A stretch of DNA of 46,307 nt. It comes from a virus (Duplodnaviria; Heunggongvirae; Uroviricota; Caudoviricetes). Shown piece after piece: positions 7,906 through 16,703 of the stretch (its first letter is position 1; every line of letters begins with the position of its first letter). The position numbers were made by a program, and so were the translations under genes. The notes beneath the pieces are model-generated. The model was not told the origin of the DNA, ran no database searches, and was given only the letters and a program-made list of their open reading frames with translations. The stretch spans positions 1-46,307 of IMG/VR virus record IMGVR_UViG_2721755721_000003, one strand, 5' to 3'.

Positions 7906-8457
7906 ATGACTACTCTCCCAACCCAATCTCGCCCTGAAATCACGATTATCAATGGTCGCGTTGTCACCACATCTCTTGCAGTAGCTAATTACTTTACTAA
8001 ACGGCATGAGCGGGTTTTAGATAGAATTAGAAACCTCGAATGTTCCGCTGAATTTACTGAACACAATTTTGTGTTAAGTGAATACACCGACGCATCAGGC
8101 CGCAAACTCCCTTGTTACCAAATCACCCGCGACGGTTTTGCGTTTCTTGCCATGGGCTTCACTGGTAAACGTGCTGCCCAGTTCAAAGAGGCATACATCA
8201 ACGCCTTTAACCAGATGGAGAAGAATTTATCTGGTGCTGACGCGGTTGATATGTCAGCTGTCGCACGAAACGCCAGAGGCGTATACCTGCATTTGCGTGA
8301 AATCCATCAAATCTGGACAAGCCAGCTTTATCCAATGCTTAAGGCCGTTGAATCTCCGCTGGCTAGCAAACTGTACGACCGTGTTGGTGATGCTGTTTTT
8401 GGCGCTGCACTTGTTGATTCCAGGCTGAATGGTTCTGACAAGGAGGTTCGCCCATGA
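7906..8457 (+). CDS. Second Rha-family-like regulatory protein (183 aa)
   Basis: Motif VTTSLAVANYFTKRHERVLDRIRNL resembles the Rha N-terminal domain; ATG at 7906 with RBS; the upstream part of the 284-aa track ORF is judged non-coding. Confidence 0.55.
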   Translation: MTTLPTQSRPEITIINGRVVTTSLAVANYFTKRHERVLDRIRNLECSAEFTEHNFVLSEYTDASGRKLPCYQITRDGFAFLAMGFTGKRAAQFKEAYINAFNQMEKNLSGADAVDMSAVARNARGVYLHLREIHQIWTSQLYPMLKAVESPLASKLYDRVGDAVFGAALVDSRLNGSDKEVRP

Positions 8458-8648
8458 TTAGTTACGAAATCATCATCTCCACTACGGAATACAGAAACGA
8501 TGTATCAGTTCGCACGGATGTATCTGTCTGGCACCGTCGCTATAAATCCAGAAAAACAGCGGAACTGAAAGCGGCAGAGATGTGTGAAACCATCTCAATG
8601 AAAGGTAGCCCGGTTAAATACGTAACTACGGCGGAGGTGCGTCCATGA
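8454..8648 (+). CDS. Hypothetical protein (64 aa)
   Basis: Overlapping-stop/start chain of small ORFs upstream of the replication genes. Confidence 0.4.
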   Translation: MISYEIIISTTEYRNDVSVRTDVSVWHRRYKSRKTAELKAAEMCETISMKGSPVKYVTTAEVRP

Positions 8649-8869
8649 TCCGCCACATCGTTAATTCCCTGTATCACCGATACAACCGTTGCCCCCGTGT
8701 GGGGCAGTGGTTCGCCACCAGCAACGGTCACGTTCTGCGGGTTTGCCTAGTCAACGCTGAAAGCCAGAAAGTCGTGTGCGAACTACAGGGGCGTAGCTAC
8801 ACCATCAGTTACCCTCTGGCGGTATTTCTGTCTGGAAAAATGTTTAAGCGTCTGGGAGGTGTGGCGTGA
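8645..8869 (+). CDS. Hypothetical protein (74 aa)
   Basis: Translationally coupled small ORF. Confidence 0.4.
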   Translation: MIRHIVNSLYHRYNRCPRVGQWFATSNGHVLRVCLVNAESQKVVCELQGRSYTISYPLAVFLSGKMFKRLGGVA

Positions 8870-9165
8870 ACTGTTTTCAGTTTGTGTGCGGATGTGCTTT
8901 CGATAACCCGATTCAGCGCCTGATTATGTTGCGTGTTTTGATGTCGGGTTCTTCAGACGGTGAAGGCGAGAGAGTTATTGATCATCAGGTGCTTGCTGAT
9001 TTCTGCTGTTGTTCTAAGCAAGCGATATTCAGGGAAACCCTGGCACTGGAAAGAGCTGGTTATCTTCATATCCGAAAAATTGCAACGCTTACTATTGATG
9101 CAAAAGCCAGACTACAACCTGCGCGTGGCTACACAATTCTCATGCCGCGGAAGGAGGTTGTATGA
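8866..9165 (+). CDS. Hypothetical small protein, possible winged-helix DNA-binding (99 aa)
   Basis: Segment QAIFRETLALERAGYLHIRK looks like a winged-helix recognition region; overlaps the O-like gene start. Confidence 0.4.
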   Translation: MNCFQFVCGCAFDNPIQRLIMLRVLMSGSSDGEGERVIDHQVLADFCCCSKQAIFRETLALERAGYLHIRKIATLTIDAKARLQPARGYTILMPRKEVV

Positions 9166-10154
9166 GCCGTTACGCCCCCACACCGGAAGTTATGGCTATT
9201 GGTCAAATTAATATTTCCGGCAATGTTACACCTGCGAACTGGTGGAAATATATTCGACTACCCAGTGGGCGTCCGGATGCGACGGCTATCGCTCTGCTTT
9301 CAGAGATCGTTTACTGGTACCGCCCGACAGAGGTCAGGGATGAGCACACCGGAGCGTTGCTGGGATATCGCAAGCGTTTTCAGGGCGACAAACTGCAAAG
9401 AAGCTACCAGGCGTTTGCTGAGCAGTTTGGTTTCGGGAAAAGGGAAACCGCAGATGCGCTGAAGCGTCTGCGCGATGCAGGGTTTATTACTCTGGATTTA
9501 CGCACGGTGGAAATGCTCGATGGGGTGAAATGCAGCAATATTTTGTTTGTCGGGATCAACCCACAGGCAATTGCGGCCATCACCACACCTTCTTCTGTTT
9601 CGCCAGAAAGTAACAGCAATAATGCAATCAGCGATACAGCTATTACGTTAAAACGGAACACCCCCCGACGTCATAACGGAACAGGGGATACGCCGAATGT
9701 TGATACAAATACAGAGATTACTACAGAGATTACAACGGAGACTAAAAACACTATTGATGCATCCGCTGACGCGTCTGCGCCAGCGCGTTCTGCCCGACAG
9801 GAATATTCACCGGAATTTGAACAGGCCTGGCAGGAATATCCCAAACGTGCTGGTGGCAATTCCAAGTCAGCAGCCTTCAAAGCCTGGAAAGCCCGTATCA
9901 GGGAGGGAATAAAACCGGAGACCATGCTTGATGGCGTGAAGCGGTATGCCGCCTGGGTACGTGCTACAGGAAATACCGGCACACAGTTCGTGAAGCAGGC
10001 TGCGACGTTCTTTGGACCCGATCGTCACTTCGAAGATTACTGGCAACAGCCAGCCGCTCACGGAGGTGGGCGACAGCGACAGGTCGATGTCCTGGCTGGC
10101 CTGGGAGCCATGTCTGACAAATTCGGTAAATCCAGTAACAAATTGACATTCTGA
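9162..10154 (+). CDS. Replication initiation / replisome organizer protein (lambda O-like)
   Basis: Position upstream of the DnaC-like and DnaB-like genes; internal tandem repeats in the middle of the gene (candidate iterons). Confidence 0.7.
   Translation: MSRYAPTPEVMAIGQINISGNVTPANWWKYIRLPSGRPDATAIALLSEIVYWYRPTEVRDEHTGALLGYRKRFQGDKLQRSYQAFAEQFGFGKRETADALKRLRDAGFITLDLRTVEMLDGVKCSNILFVGINPQAIAAITTPSSVSPESNSNNAISDTAITLKRNTPRRHNGTGDTPNVDTNTEITTEITTETKNTIDASADASAPARSARQEYSPEFEQAWQEYPKRAGGNSKSAAFKAWKARIREGIKPETMLDGVKRYAAWVRATGNTGTQFVKQAATFFGPDRHFEDYWQQPAAHGGGRQRQVDVLAGLGAMSDKFGKSSNKLTF
9711..9746. repeat. Three tandem about 12-bp repeats (ACAGAGATTAC[T/A], third copy degenerate) inside the O-like gene; candidate ori iterons
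   Basis: acagagattact / acagagattaca / acggagactaaa, encoding TEITTEITTETK. Confidence 0.35.
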
Positions 10155-10164
10155 GGTGACAGCG

Positions 10165-11064
10165 ATGATGACGATTGACCAACGTGAGAAACAAACAAGA
10201 CTACAGGCGCGAATGGATGAGTTACGGGCAGAAATGGATGAGTTACGGGCAGAGATTGCATTTGCTCAGAAGGGCGAAAAGCCATGGCCTTATCGTTCCT
10301 GCCTGATGCGTGAAGGTCGCGGATATTGCGAAAAACACGGTAAATATCGTACGCATATACTGGTGTGGATCGATCGTAATGGCGAGGACAGAGAAAAAAT
10401 TTCATGCTGCCCTGACTGCTTGATCGCTGAGGCCAGTGATTTGACCATGGAACTGTCGTCCCTCAAGGCGGAAGAACTGACTGATAACGCCGGAATTGCT
10501 CTGCGTTTTCGGGACTGCGAGTTTGATAATTATCTGGAGGTTAATCCTGACGCAGCCAGAAATCTTGCGGCCTGTCGCCGCTATGCGGAGAACTGGCCAG
10601 ATATGCTGGAGAACGGTACCAGTCTTGTTATGACCGGCAGTTGCGGTACCGGGAAAAATCATCTGGCGGTATCAATGGCAAAACACATCATCCGTAACTA
10701 TCTGGCCAGTGTGGAGATCACCGACGTGATGCGCCTTACCCGGGCTGTGAAAAACTGCTGGCGGAATGACAGTGAAAAAACAGCGGATGACGTCATTGAG
10801 CATTATGCGTCACTGGATTTGCTGATTGTCGACGAAGTCGGCGTTCAGTTTGGCAGTGCGGCTGAAATGGCCATTTTGCAGGAAATTATCAATGCCCGGT
10901 ATGAGGGTATTTTGCCAACTATCCTGATCAGCAACCTTTCACCGGAAGAATTGTGGGCGTTCATCAGTCCCCGGATTGCCGACAGGATCACCGATGGCGG
11001 GCGCAACTGGTTGTCGTTTAACTGGCCCAGCTACCGTTCTCGTATCGGAGGTGTTGCCGCATGA
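10165..11064 (+). CDS. DnaC/IstB-like AAA+ helicase loader
   Basis: Walker A (GSCGTGKNHLA) and Walker B (LLIVDEVG); N-terminal Cys cluster; start codon choice (10156 GTG vs 10165 ATG) uncertain. Confidence 0.8.
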   Translation: MMTIDQREKQTRLQARMDELRAEMDELRAEIAFAQKGEKPWPYRSCLMREGRGYCEKHGKYRTHILVWIDRNGEDREKISCCPDCLIAEASDLTMELSSLKAEELTDNAGIALRFRDCEFDNYLEVNPDAARNLAACRRYAENWPDMLENGTSLVMTGSCGTGKNHLAVSMAKHIIRNYLASVEITDVMRLTRAVKNCWRNDSEKTADDVIEHYASLDLLIVDEVGVQFGSAAEMAILQEIINARYEGILPTILISNLSPEELWAFISPRIADRITDGGRNWLSFNWPSYRSRIGGVAA

Positions 11065-12461
11065 CCAGCCAGAACACCCCGGCATGGCGTAACGATGACC
11101 TGGAAGGCGCTGTCATCGGTGCGTTTTTTCTGCGTGGGGCCGATCCGGAAGTGATGGATATTCTGGCCACACTTCCGGCGGATGTATTTTTTGTGCGTCA
11201 GTACCGGGATATTTACGCGGGGATTTGCAGACAGGCTCGCATATCCGGCGTCATTGACCCCGTACTGCTGTGCAATGAGATGCCGGAACTTGCCCCGGTG
11301 ATTACCGACACCGGACGCAAAACCTGGGTGAAGTCTTCACTGGAGCACTATGTCGCAGCGTTGCGGCGCAATGCCGCACTGCGCGATGCAGAAAAAACAC
11401 TGACTGAAGCATTACAGAATTTACGTGATGCGTATACCTGTGAAGCAGCCGAGGATGCCCTGAAGGATGCGCAGAACATGATGGCCTCACTGTCGACCGG
11501 AAAGGGCGTCATTCAGCCGGTTCACATTGATGATGTCCTTCCGGAAGTGGTCGACCGTGTTGAATGCCGCAATCAGGGACTGGAGAAATCCAGGGCGCTG
11601 ATGACCGGTATTGATGAACTGGACGCAAAAACGGGCGGTATGGAGCCCGGAGACCTGGTATTCATTGCCGCCCGTCCTTCGATGGGGAAAACCGAACTTG
11701 CGCTGGACATCATCGACAAGGTGACTGAGCAGGGGCATGGCGTGCTTCTGTTCACCATGGAGATGGCGAACATCCAGATTGGTGAACGTATGGTGTCTGC
11801 TGCCGGTGGAATGCCGGTATCCCGTCTTAAGTCTGTTGCCCGTTTTGAAGATGAAGACTGGGCGCGTTTCTCGCAGGGCGTGGGACGAATGACGGGGCGT
11901 AATATCTGGATGGTGGACCAGGCAAACCTGACCATTGATGAGATATGTGCAACCACGAAGCACCACCGGATGAAACACCCGGAAACGGCGCTGGTGGTGG
12001 TCGATTACCTCGGCCTGATTAAAACCCGCAGCACGGGGCGTCACGACCTTGCGGTGGGGGAAATCTCAAAGGGACTTAAAAGCCTGGCAAAATCCGGCGG
12101 TTTTCCGCTGATTGCTCTGAGCCAGCTCTCCCGCGGCGTGGAATCCAGACCCAATAAACGCCCAATGAACTCGGACCTGAAAAACTCCGGGGAAATCGAG
12201 GCGGATGCCGACATCATTCTGATGCTTTACAGGGATGAGGTATACAACCCGGAAACTCAGGCCAGAGGCATAGCAGAAATCAACATCACGAAACAGCGTA
12301 ATGGCACGCTCGGGACCATTTACCGGCGTTTTCATAACGGACATTTTCTGCCTGTGGACCAGGAGAGTGCCCGGGTTCTTTCCACACCCATGACGCCGGG
12401 CAATCCGCGCAGATACAGCAATAACCGCATGTCGGGCAGTAAAACGGAGCGTTTATTTTGA
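11061..12461 (+). CDS. DnaB-family replicative DNA helicase
   Basis: 466 aa; Walker A (ARPSMGKTELALD), DnaB-like C-terminal RecA-fold motifs (VVDYLGLIK, SQLSRGVESRPNKRP). Confidence 0.9.
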   Translation: MTSQNTPAWRNDDLEGAVIGAFFLRGADPEVMDILATLPADVFFVRQYRDIYAGICRQARISGVIDPVLLCNEMPELAPVITDTGRKTWVKSSLEHYVAALRRNAALRDAEKTLTEALQNLRDAYTCEAAEDALKDAQNMMASLSTGKGVIQPVHIDDVLPEVVDRVECRNQGLEKSRALMTGIDELDAKTGGMEPGDLVFIAARPSMGKTELALDIIDKVTEQGHGVLLFTMEMANIQIGERMVSAAGGMPVSRLKSVARFEDEDWARFSQGVGRMTGRNIWMVDQANLTIDEICATTKHHRMKHPETALVVVDYLGLIKTRSTGRHDLAVGEISKGLKSLAKSGGFPLIALSQLSRGVESRPNKRPMNSDLKNSGEIEADADIILMLYRDEVYNPETQARGIAEINITKQRNGTLGTIYRRFHNGHFLPVDQESARVLSTPMTPGNPRRYSNNRMSGSKTERLF

Positions 12462-12715
12462 ACAACAGAACAATCACTGTTTCACCGGAACAACTTCGTC
12501 GGCAGGCGCAGGAGATGCTTCGTTGTGCTGAACAGATGGAAAAAACGAGCGTGAAAAAAGATACGCTCCGCAAGCAGCTTACTCCGGCGCTTCGTGATCT
12601 GCTGCAGGCAAAACACCGCACACAAAAGGCGGTGGATGAGCTGGTGGATTGCGTGGCGGAACTGGAAGGACTGGTAAGCCAGTTTGAAATACTGGTGAAG
12701 GAGTTTACTGCGTGA
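12458..12715 (+). CDS. Hypothetical protein (85 aa), uncertain start
   Basis: ORF with apparent TTG start overlapping the helicase stop; low support. Confidence 0.3.
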   Translation: MNNRTITVSPEQLRRQAQEMLRCAEQMEKTSVKKDTLRKQLTPALRDLLQAKHRTQKAVDELVDCVAELEGLVSQFEILVKEFTA

Positions 12716-12736
12716 TGACTGAGTTTTTTTCTCTGT

Positions 12737-13756
12737 ATGCATTCAATATCGTTTGCTGAGGTGACCGTGAGAGCACTGCTGACCCCTGAAATTGCCCCGC
12801 GTATGGGGATTGTATTGTTCAGGCCCGGTTCAGAGCTGATGCCCCTGTTTATGCAGGGGCGTGTCCTGCTGGAGCCTGAGCCGGAACGTTATTCATCTTT
12901 CGCCAGCGGTGCCGTTCCGGCAGCATCACAACCGCTGGCGGATGATCCTGCCGTTCGGGCCGTGTTCCGCAATGAGGCAGTTATTCGTTGTACTGGTGGG
13001 GTGGAATGTCTTGAAAGCTGGTTACTTCGTGAAAAGGGCTGTCAGTGGCCTCATTCCGGATGGCACAGCGAGAACATAACCACAATGCGGCACGCGCCGG
13101 GTGCAATCCGTCTGTGCTGGCACTGTGACAATCTTCTCCGTGACCAGTTCACGGAACGGCTGGAAGCAATGGCAACGGATAACTGTGCCCGCTGGGTGTT
13201 ATCTGTTGTGCGCCGTGATCTTGGTTTTGATGACAGTCACGTTGTGACAATGCCGGAACTGTGCTGGTGGCTGATTCGTAATGACCTGGCGGATGCCTTA
13301 CCGGAAAGTGCAGCCCGTAAGGCACTGAGATTACCGAAGCCTGTTGTGCCGTCTGTCACCCGGGAAAGTGACCTTGTGCCTTCGGTTACTGCCACCAGCA
13401 TCATCCAGGATAAGGCGAAAAAGGTGCTGGCGCTGAAAGTGGATCCGGAGTCGCCGGAGTCTTTTATGTTACGCCCAAAACGTCGTCGCTGGGTTAATGA
13501 AAAGTACACGCGCTGGGTTAAGACGCAGCCGTGTGCATGTTGTGGTAAGCCAGCCGACGATCCTCATCACCTGATTGGTCATGGTCAGGGTGGAATGGGT
13601 ACAAAAGCGCATGACCTTTTTGTGTTGCCTTTGTGCAGAAAACACCATGACGAACTGCATGCGGATACCGTGGCATTTGAAGAGAAGTATGGTTCCCAAC
13701 TGGAGCTGATATTTCGTTTTATCGATCGCGCGCTGGCGATAGGTGTGCTGTCCTGA
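12737..13756 (+). CDS. DUF968-like prophage protein with C-terminal HNH-like zinc-finger motif
   Basis: C-terminal CACCGK...[10 protein letters not shown]...CRKHHDELH pattern; occupies the nin-region position upstream of Q. Confidence 0.65.
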   Translation: MHSISFAEVTVRALLTPEIAPRMGIVLFRPGSELMPLFMQGRVLLEPEPERYSSFASGAVPAASQPLADDPAVRAVFRNEAVIRCTGGVECLESWLLREKGCQWPHSGWHSENITTMRHAPGAIRLCWHCDNLLRDQFTERLEAMATDNCARWVLSVVRRDLGFDDSHVVTMPELCWWLIRNDLADALPESAARKALRLPKPVVPSVTRESDLVPSVTATSIIQDKAKKVLALKVDPESPESFMLRPKRRRWVNEKYTRWVKTQPCACCGKPADDPHHLIGHGQGGMGTKAHDLFVLPLCRKHHDELHADTVAFEEKYGSQLELIFRFIDRALAIGVLS

Positions 13757-13773
13757 TTTTGTGGAGAAAGTTG

Positions 13774-14166
13774 ATGCGTGATATTCAGATGGTTCTCGAA
13801 CGCTGGGGAGCATGGGCGGCAAATAATCATGAGAATGTTAGTTGGTCGCCAATTGCTGCGGGGTTTAAAGGCCTCATCCCCTCAAAAGTAAAATTTCGAC
13901 CGCAATGTTGCGATGATGATGGTCTTATCATTAGTTCAGTTATGGCAGTTCTCAAGAAAAAGGAACCATATCAATACCAATTACTGGAAATGTATTATGT
14001 ATATGGGATCACATTACGAGCGTTAGGGGTGAAAATGGGGATATCGCTTAATCAAGTTGTTATTAGATTGCAGAAAGCTGAAGGGTTTGTTGAAGGGTGT
14101 CTGGCAATGCTCGAGGTATCTTTAGAAATGGATTGCTATATGAATCACGAAAATGATTCAAGATAA
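13774..14166 (+). CDS. Q: Late-gene antiterminator Q (phage 82 / QuuD-like family)
   Basis: Begins [20 protein letters not shown]..., which I recognise as the N-terminus of the small Q family of E. coli lambdoid prophages; internal Cys pairs; RBS GGAGAAAG before ATG 13774. Confidence 0.75.
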   Translation: MRDIQMVLERWGAWAANNHENVSWSPIAAGFKGLIPSKVKFRPQCCDDDGLIISSVMAVLKKKEPYQYQLLEMYYVYGITLRALGVKMGISLNQVVIRLQKAEGFVEGCLAMLEVSLEMDCYMNHENDSR

Positions 14167-14232
14167 ATGAACAGTTACTAGTTATATTTTACAGTAATCT
14201 CCTGATGATACACGTTCAGCAGGAGGTTATTT

Positions 14233-14850
14233 ATGAATCAAAATGTAAGACACATATTGCTGGATGCAATTGAAAATAAGAAATCTTTAACGGTAATTTA
14301 CTTAGGAGGTAGTCAGCCAGGAACATTGAGAGATATATCTCCGATAAGCATATCAGAAGATAAACTTAGGGCAAGATGCCATAGTACTAATGCTGTAAAG
14401 TTTTTTAATATTGGGAAAATACAACTACCTAGTGACTCGTCCATGATAACTGTGCCATATGGAAGCTTAGAGCTTAAAGTTTATGAGACGATGCAGAGTG
14501 TGTATGAGGACTTTCATAGCCTGTATCCGGAAGGTCGATGGGGAGTTGAATTTAATGATCATGAATTTGCTCTATTTGATTTTTTCAAAAATGGAAAAAG
14601 AAAAAAAACAGCATTTATGGCAATTCAGTTTATGGAAAGACATGAGGATGAAACAAGAACGGAGATAACAATTGATGTCAGTCTATCAGGTGTTGTGATT
14701 TCGGAGGGAGCCAGAACACCTAAAAGACGTCCGTGGGTTGTGACTGGTCCCGGGCGTGGAGAGCTAAGAACTTATTCAACGTTAGACAAAGCTGCTACAG
14801 AGTTTTTTAAGCGACTTTCATTGATGGTATCTATGGCGATTGAAACATAA
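14233..14850 (+). CDS. Uncharacterized 205-aa protein with possible N-terminal WYL-like domain
   Basis: Residues about 15-65 (LTVIYLGGSQPGTLRDISPISISEDKLRARCHSTNAVKFFNIGKI) resemble the WYL-domain pattern; C-terminal half unassigned; AT-rich gene immediately after Q. Confidence 0.55.
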   Translation: MNQNVRHILLDAIENKKSLTVIYLGGSQPGTLRDISPISISEDKLRARCHSTNAVKFFNIGKIQLPSDSSMITVPYGSLELKVYETMQSVYEDFHSLYPEGRWGVEFNDHEFALFDFFKNGKRKKTAFMAIQFMERHEDETRTEITIDVSLSGVVISEGARTPKRRPWVVTGPGRGELRTYSTLDKAATEFFKRLSLMVSMAIET

Positions 14851-14943
14851 GGGATATAAAGATACCGAGGAAATGATTTGTGTTATAACAAAAACCATCT
14901 TAATCTGTTAAGATTGGTCACTCCGTCATACAGCTTAAACCTG

Positions 14944-14961
14944 CCGCCTGGCGGGTTTTTT
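14944..14961 (+). terminator. Weak intrinsic-terminator-like hairpin plus T-run downstream of the 205-aa gene
   Basis: CCGCC-TG-GCGGG followed by TTTTTT at 14956-14961; short stem, low confidence. Confidence 0.3.
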
Positions 14962-15083
14962 ATGACTGAAATCGCGTCAGTACAGTAAACGCGCTGGTGG
15001 CGGTGAATACCTGTCTTTCAGCTTGCTGGCTTTTTCGACAAGAGTTATTGGTGTGTCACGTTAACCGGAAAAGGGAAAAAGAC

Positions 15084-15281
15084 ATGCTAAAACAGCAGGA
15101 TATGACAGAAACCGCCAGAGTGGTGTTTAATGAATTAAGCGTTACCGAACCGGCGACAGTCGGGGAGATTGCGCAGAATACTTACCTTTCACGCGAACGC
15201 TGCCAGTTAATACTGACCCAGCTGGTTATGGCGGGTCTGGCAGACTATCAGTTCGGTTGTTACAGACGCCTTCCGCAGTGA
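15084..15281 (+). CDS. Small putative winged-helix DNA-binding protein (65 aa)
   Basis: ATG 15084 with AAGGGAAAAAG RBS; segment TVGEIAQNTYLSRERCQLILTQLVMAGLA resembles a winged-helix recognition helix. Confidence 0.45.
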   Translation: MLKQQDMTETARVVFNELSVTEPATVGEIAQNTYLSRERCQLILTQLVMAGLADYQFGCYRRLPQ

Positions 15282-15308
15282 AGGCTTTTTTATTTGTGGT
15301 AAATGGGC

Positions 15309-15339
15309 GGCTGGTGGGTGTTAGGGGCACCCACCAGCC
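15309..15339. promoter_or_regulatory. Perfect 12-bp inverted repeat hairpin (GGCTGGTGGGTG / CACCCACCAGCC, 7-nt loop)
   Basis: Seen directly at 15309-15339 between the small HTH gene and the methyltransferase gene; no T-run follows. Confidence 0.4.
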
Positions 15340-15432
15340 ATCTGCTCATGCGTTGGGGTCACAAGCAAACCTCAGGCCCATCTGCTTTGCGCAAAAGCGG
15401 TATGAGCCTATCAGAGAAGTGCTTATTGATCT

Positions 15433-16482
15433 ATGGCTAATACTGTAAAAATATCCAGTTGTGAGTTAATCAACGCCGACTGCCTGGAATTTATCCGGTC
15501 GTTACCCGAAAATTCTGTTGACCTGATAGTCACGGACCCGCCGTACTTTAAAGTGAAGCCTGAGGGCTGGGATAACCAGTGGAAGGGCGACGATGATTAC
15601 CTGAAGTGGCTGGACCAGTGTCTGGCGCAGTTCTGGCGGGTGCTGAAACCTGCCGGAAGTCTTTACCTGTTCTGTGGTCATCGCCTGGCATCTGATATCG
15701 AAATCATGATGCGTGAACGCTTCAGTGTGCTGAACCATATTATCTGGGCGAAGCCGTCCGGACGCTGGAACGGATGCAACAAGGAAAGCCTGCGGGCGTA
15801 TTTCCCCGCCACAGAGCGCATTCTGTTCGCGGAACATTATCAGGGGCCGTATCGTCCGAAAGATGCCGGGTATGAGGCGAAGGGCAGGGCACTGAAACAG
15901 CATGTGATGGCCCCGCTGATTGCTTACTTTCGTGATGCGCGCGCTGCCCTGGGGATAACGGCAAAACAGATTGCAGATGCCACAGGAAAGAAAAACATGG
16001 TGCCGCACTGGTTCAGTGCCAGTCAGTGGCAGCTACCGAACGAAAGCGATTATCTGAAATTACAGTCGCTGTTTGCCCGGGTGGCAGAAGAGAAACATCA
16101 GCGCGGGGAACTGGAAAAGCCACACCACCAGCTGGTCAGCACATACAGTGAGCTGAACCGGCAGTATATGGAACTGCTGAGTGAATATAAAAATTTGCGG
16201 CGGTATTTCGGTGTGACGGTGCAGGTGCCGTACACCGATGTGTGGACGTATAAACCGGTGCAGTACTATCCAGGGAAACATCCGTGCGAAAAACCGGCAG
16301 AAATGCTGCAGCAGATAATCAGCGCAAGTAGTCGTCCTAGTGATCTGGTTGCGGATTTTTTCATGGGGTCGGGTTCAACGGTAAAAGCGGCGATGGCACT
16401 GGGGCGTCGTGCGATTGGTGTTGAGCTGGAGACCGGACGTTTTGAGCAGACAGTCAGGGAAGTTCAGGATTTAATCGTTTGA
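15433..16482 (+). CDS. DNA N6-adenine (or N4-cytosine) methyltransferase, DPPY-motif family
   Basis: Motif IVTDPPY near the N-terminus; 349 aa; no adjacent restriction endonuclease candidate. Confidence 0.85.
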   Translation: MANTVKISSCELINADCLEFIRSLPENSVDLIVTDPPYFKVKPEGWDNQWKGDDDYLKWLDQCLAQFWRVLKPAGSLYLFCGHRLASDIEIMMRERFSVLNHIIWAKPSGRWNGCNKESLRAYFPATERILFAEHYQGPYRPKDAGYEAKGRALKQHVMAPLIAYFRDARAALGITAKQIADATGKKNMVPHWFSASQWQLPNESDYLKLQSLFARVAEEKHQRGELEKPHHQLVSTYSELNRQYMELLSEYKNLRRYFGVTVQVPYTDVWTYKPVQYYPGKHPCEKPAEMLQQIISASSRPSDLVADFFMGSGSTVKAAMALGRRAIGVELETGRFEQTVREVQDLIV

Positions 16483-16531
16483 AACGGATGAGATTGCAGT
16501 ATTAATTCCGTAACGTTATTATTCTGCGCGC

Positions 16532-16603
16532 GGCCCTTTAGCTCAGTGGTGAGAGCGACTCATAATCGCCAGGTCGCTGGTTCAAATCCAGCAAGGGCCA
16601 CCA
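16532..16603 (+). tRNA. tRNA with CAU anticodon (Ile2/Met type, ileZ-like), atypically short
   Basis: Acceptor stem GGCCCTT/AAGGGCC, T-arm GCTGG-TTCAAAT-CCAGC, CCA end, anticodon loop CTCATAA; about 4 nt shorter at the D-arm/anticodon-stem junction than the E. coli tRNA-Ile2 I recall. Confidence 0.6.
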
Positions 16604-16610
16604 TCACAAA

Positions 16611-16690
16611 CCGCCATTAGCTTATCAGGAAGAGCAGACGACACGATAACAGGGTTGTTGGTGCGGGGGCGGGTCCCCGATGGCGGTCCA
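16611..16690 (+). pseudogene. Degenerate tRNA-like element (possible decayed arg tRNA)
   Basis: Perfect 7-bp acceptor-type pairing CCGCCAT/ATGGCGG followed by T-CCA; D-arm-like GCTT...GAGC; no canonical anticodon or T loop found by hand. Confidence 0.3.
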
Positions 16691-16703
16691 TTATCGGTAT
16701 TCA

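Noticed and set aside
7612-8007. 131-aa minus-strand ORF in the Rha intergenic region
   Set aside because: Overlaps the Rha2 coding start on the opposite strand and has no RBS; more likely non-coding, although a short leftward RNA here is still proposed.
10058-10405. Minus-strand ORFs overlapping the O-like and DnaC-like genes (9964-10194, 10058-10405, 10402-10662)
   Set aside because: Antisense to replication genes with clear ATPase motifs; no independent support.
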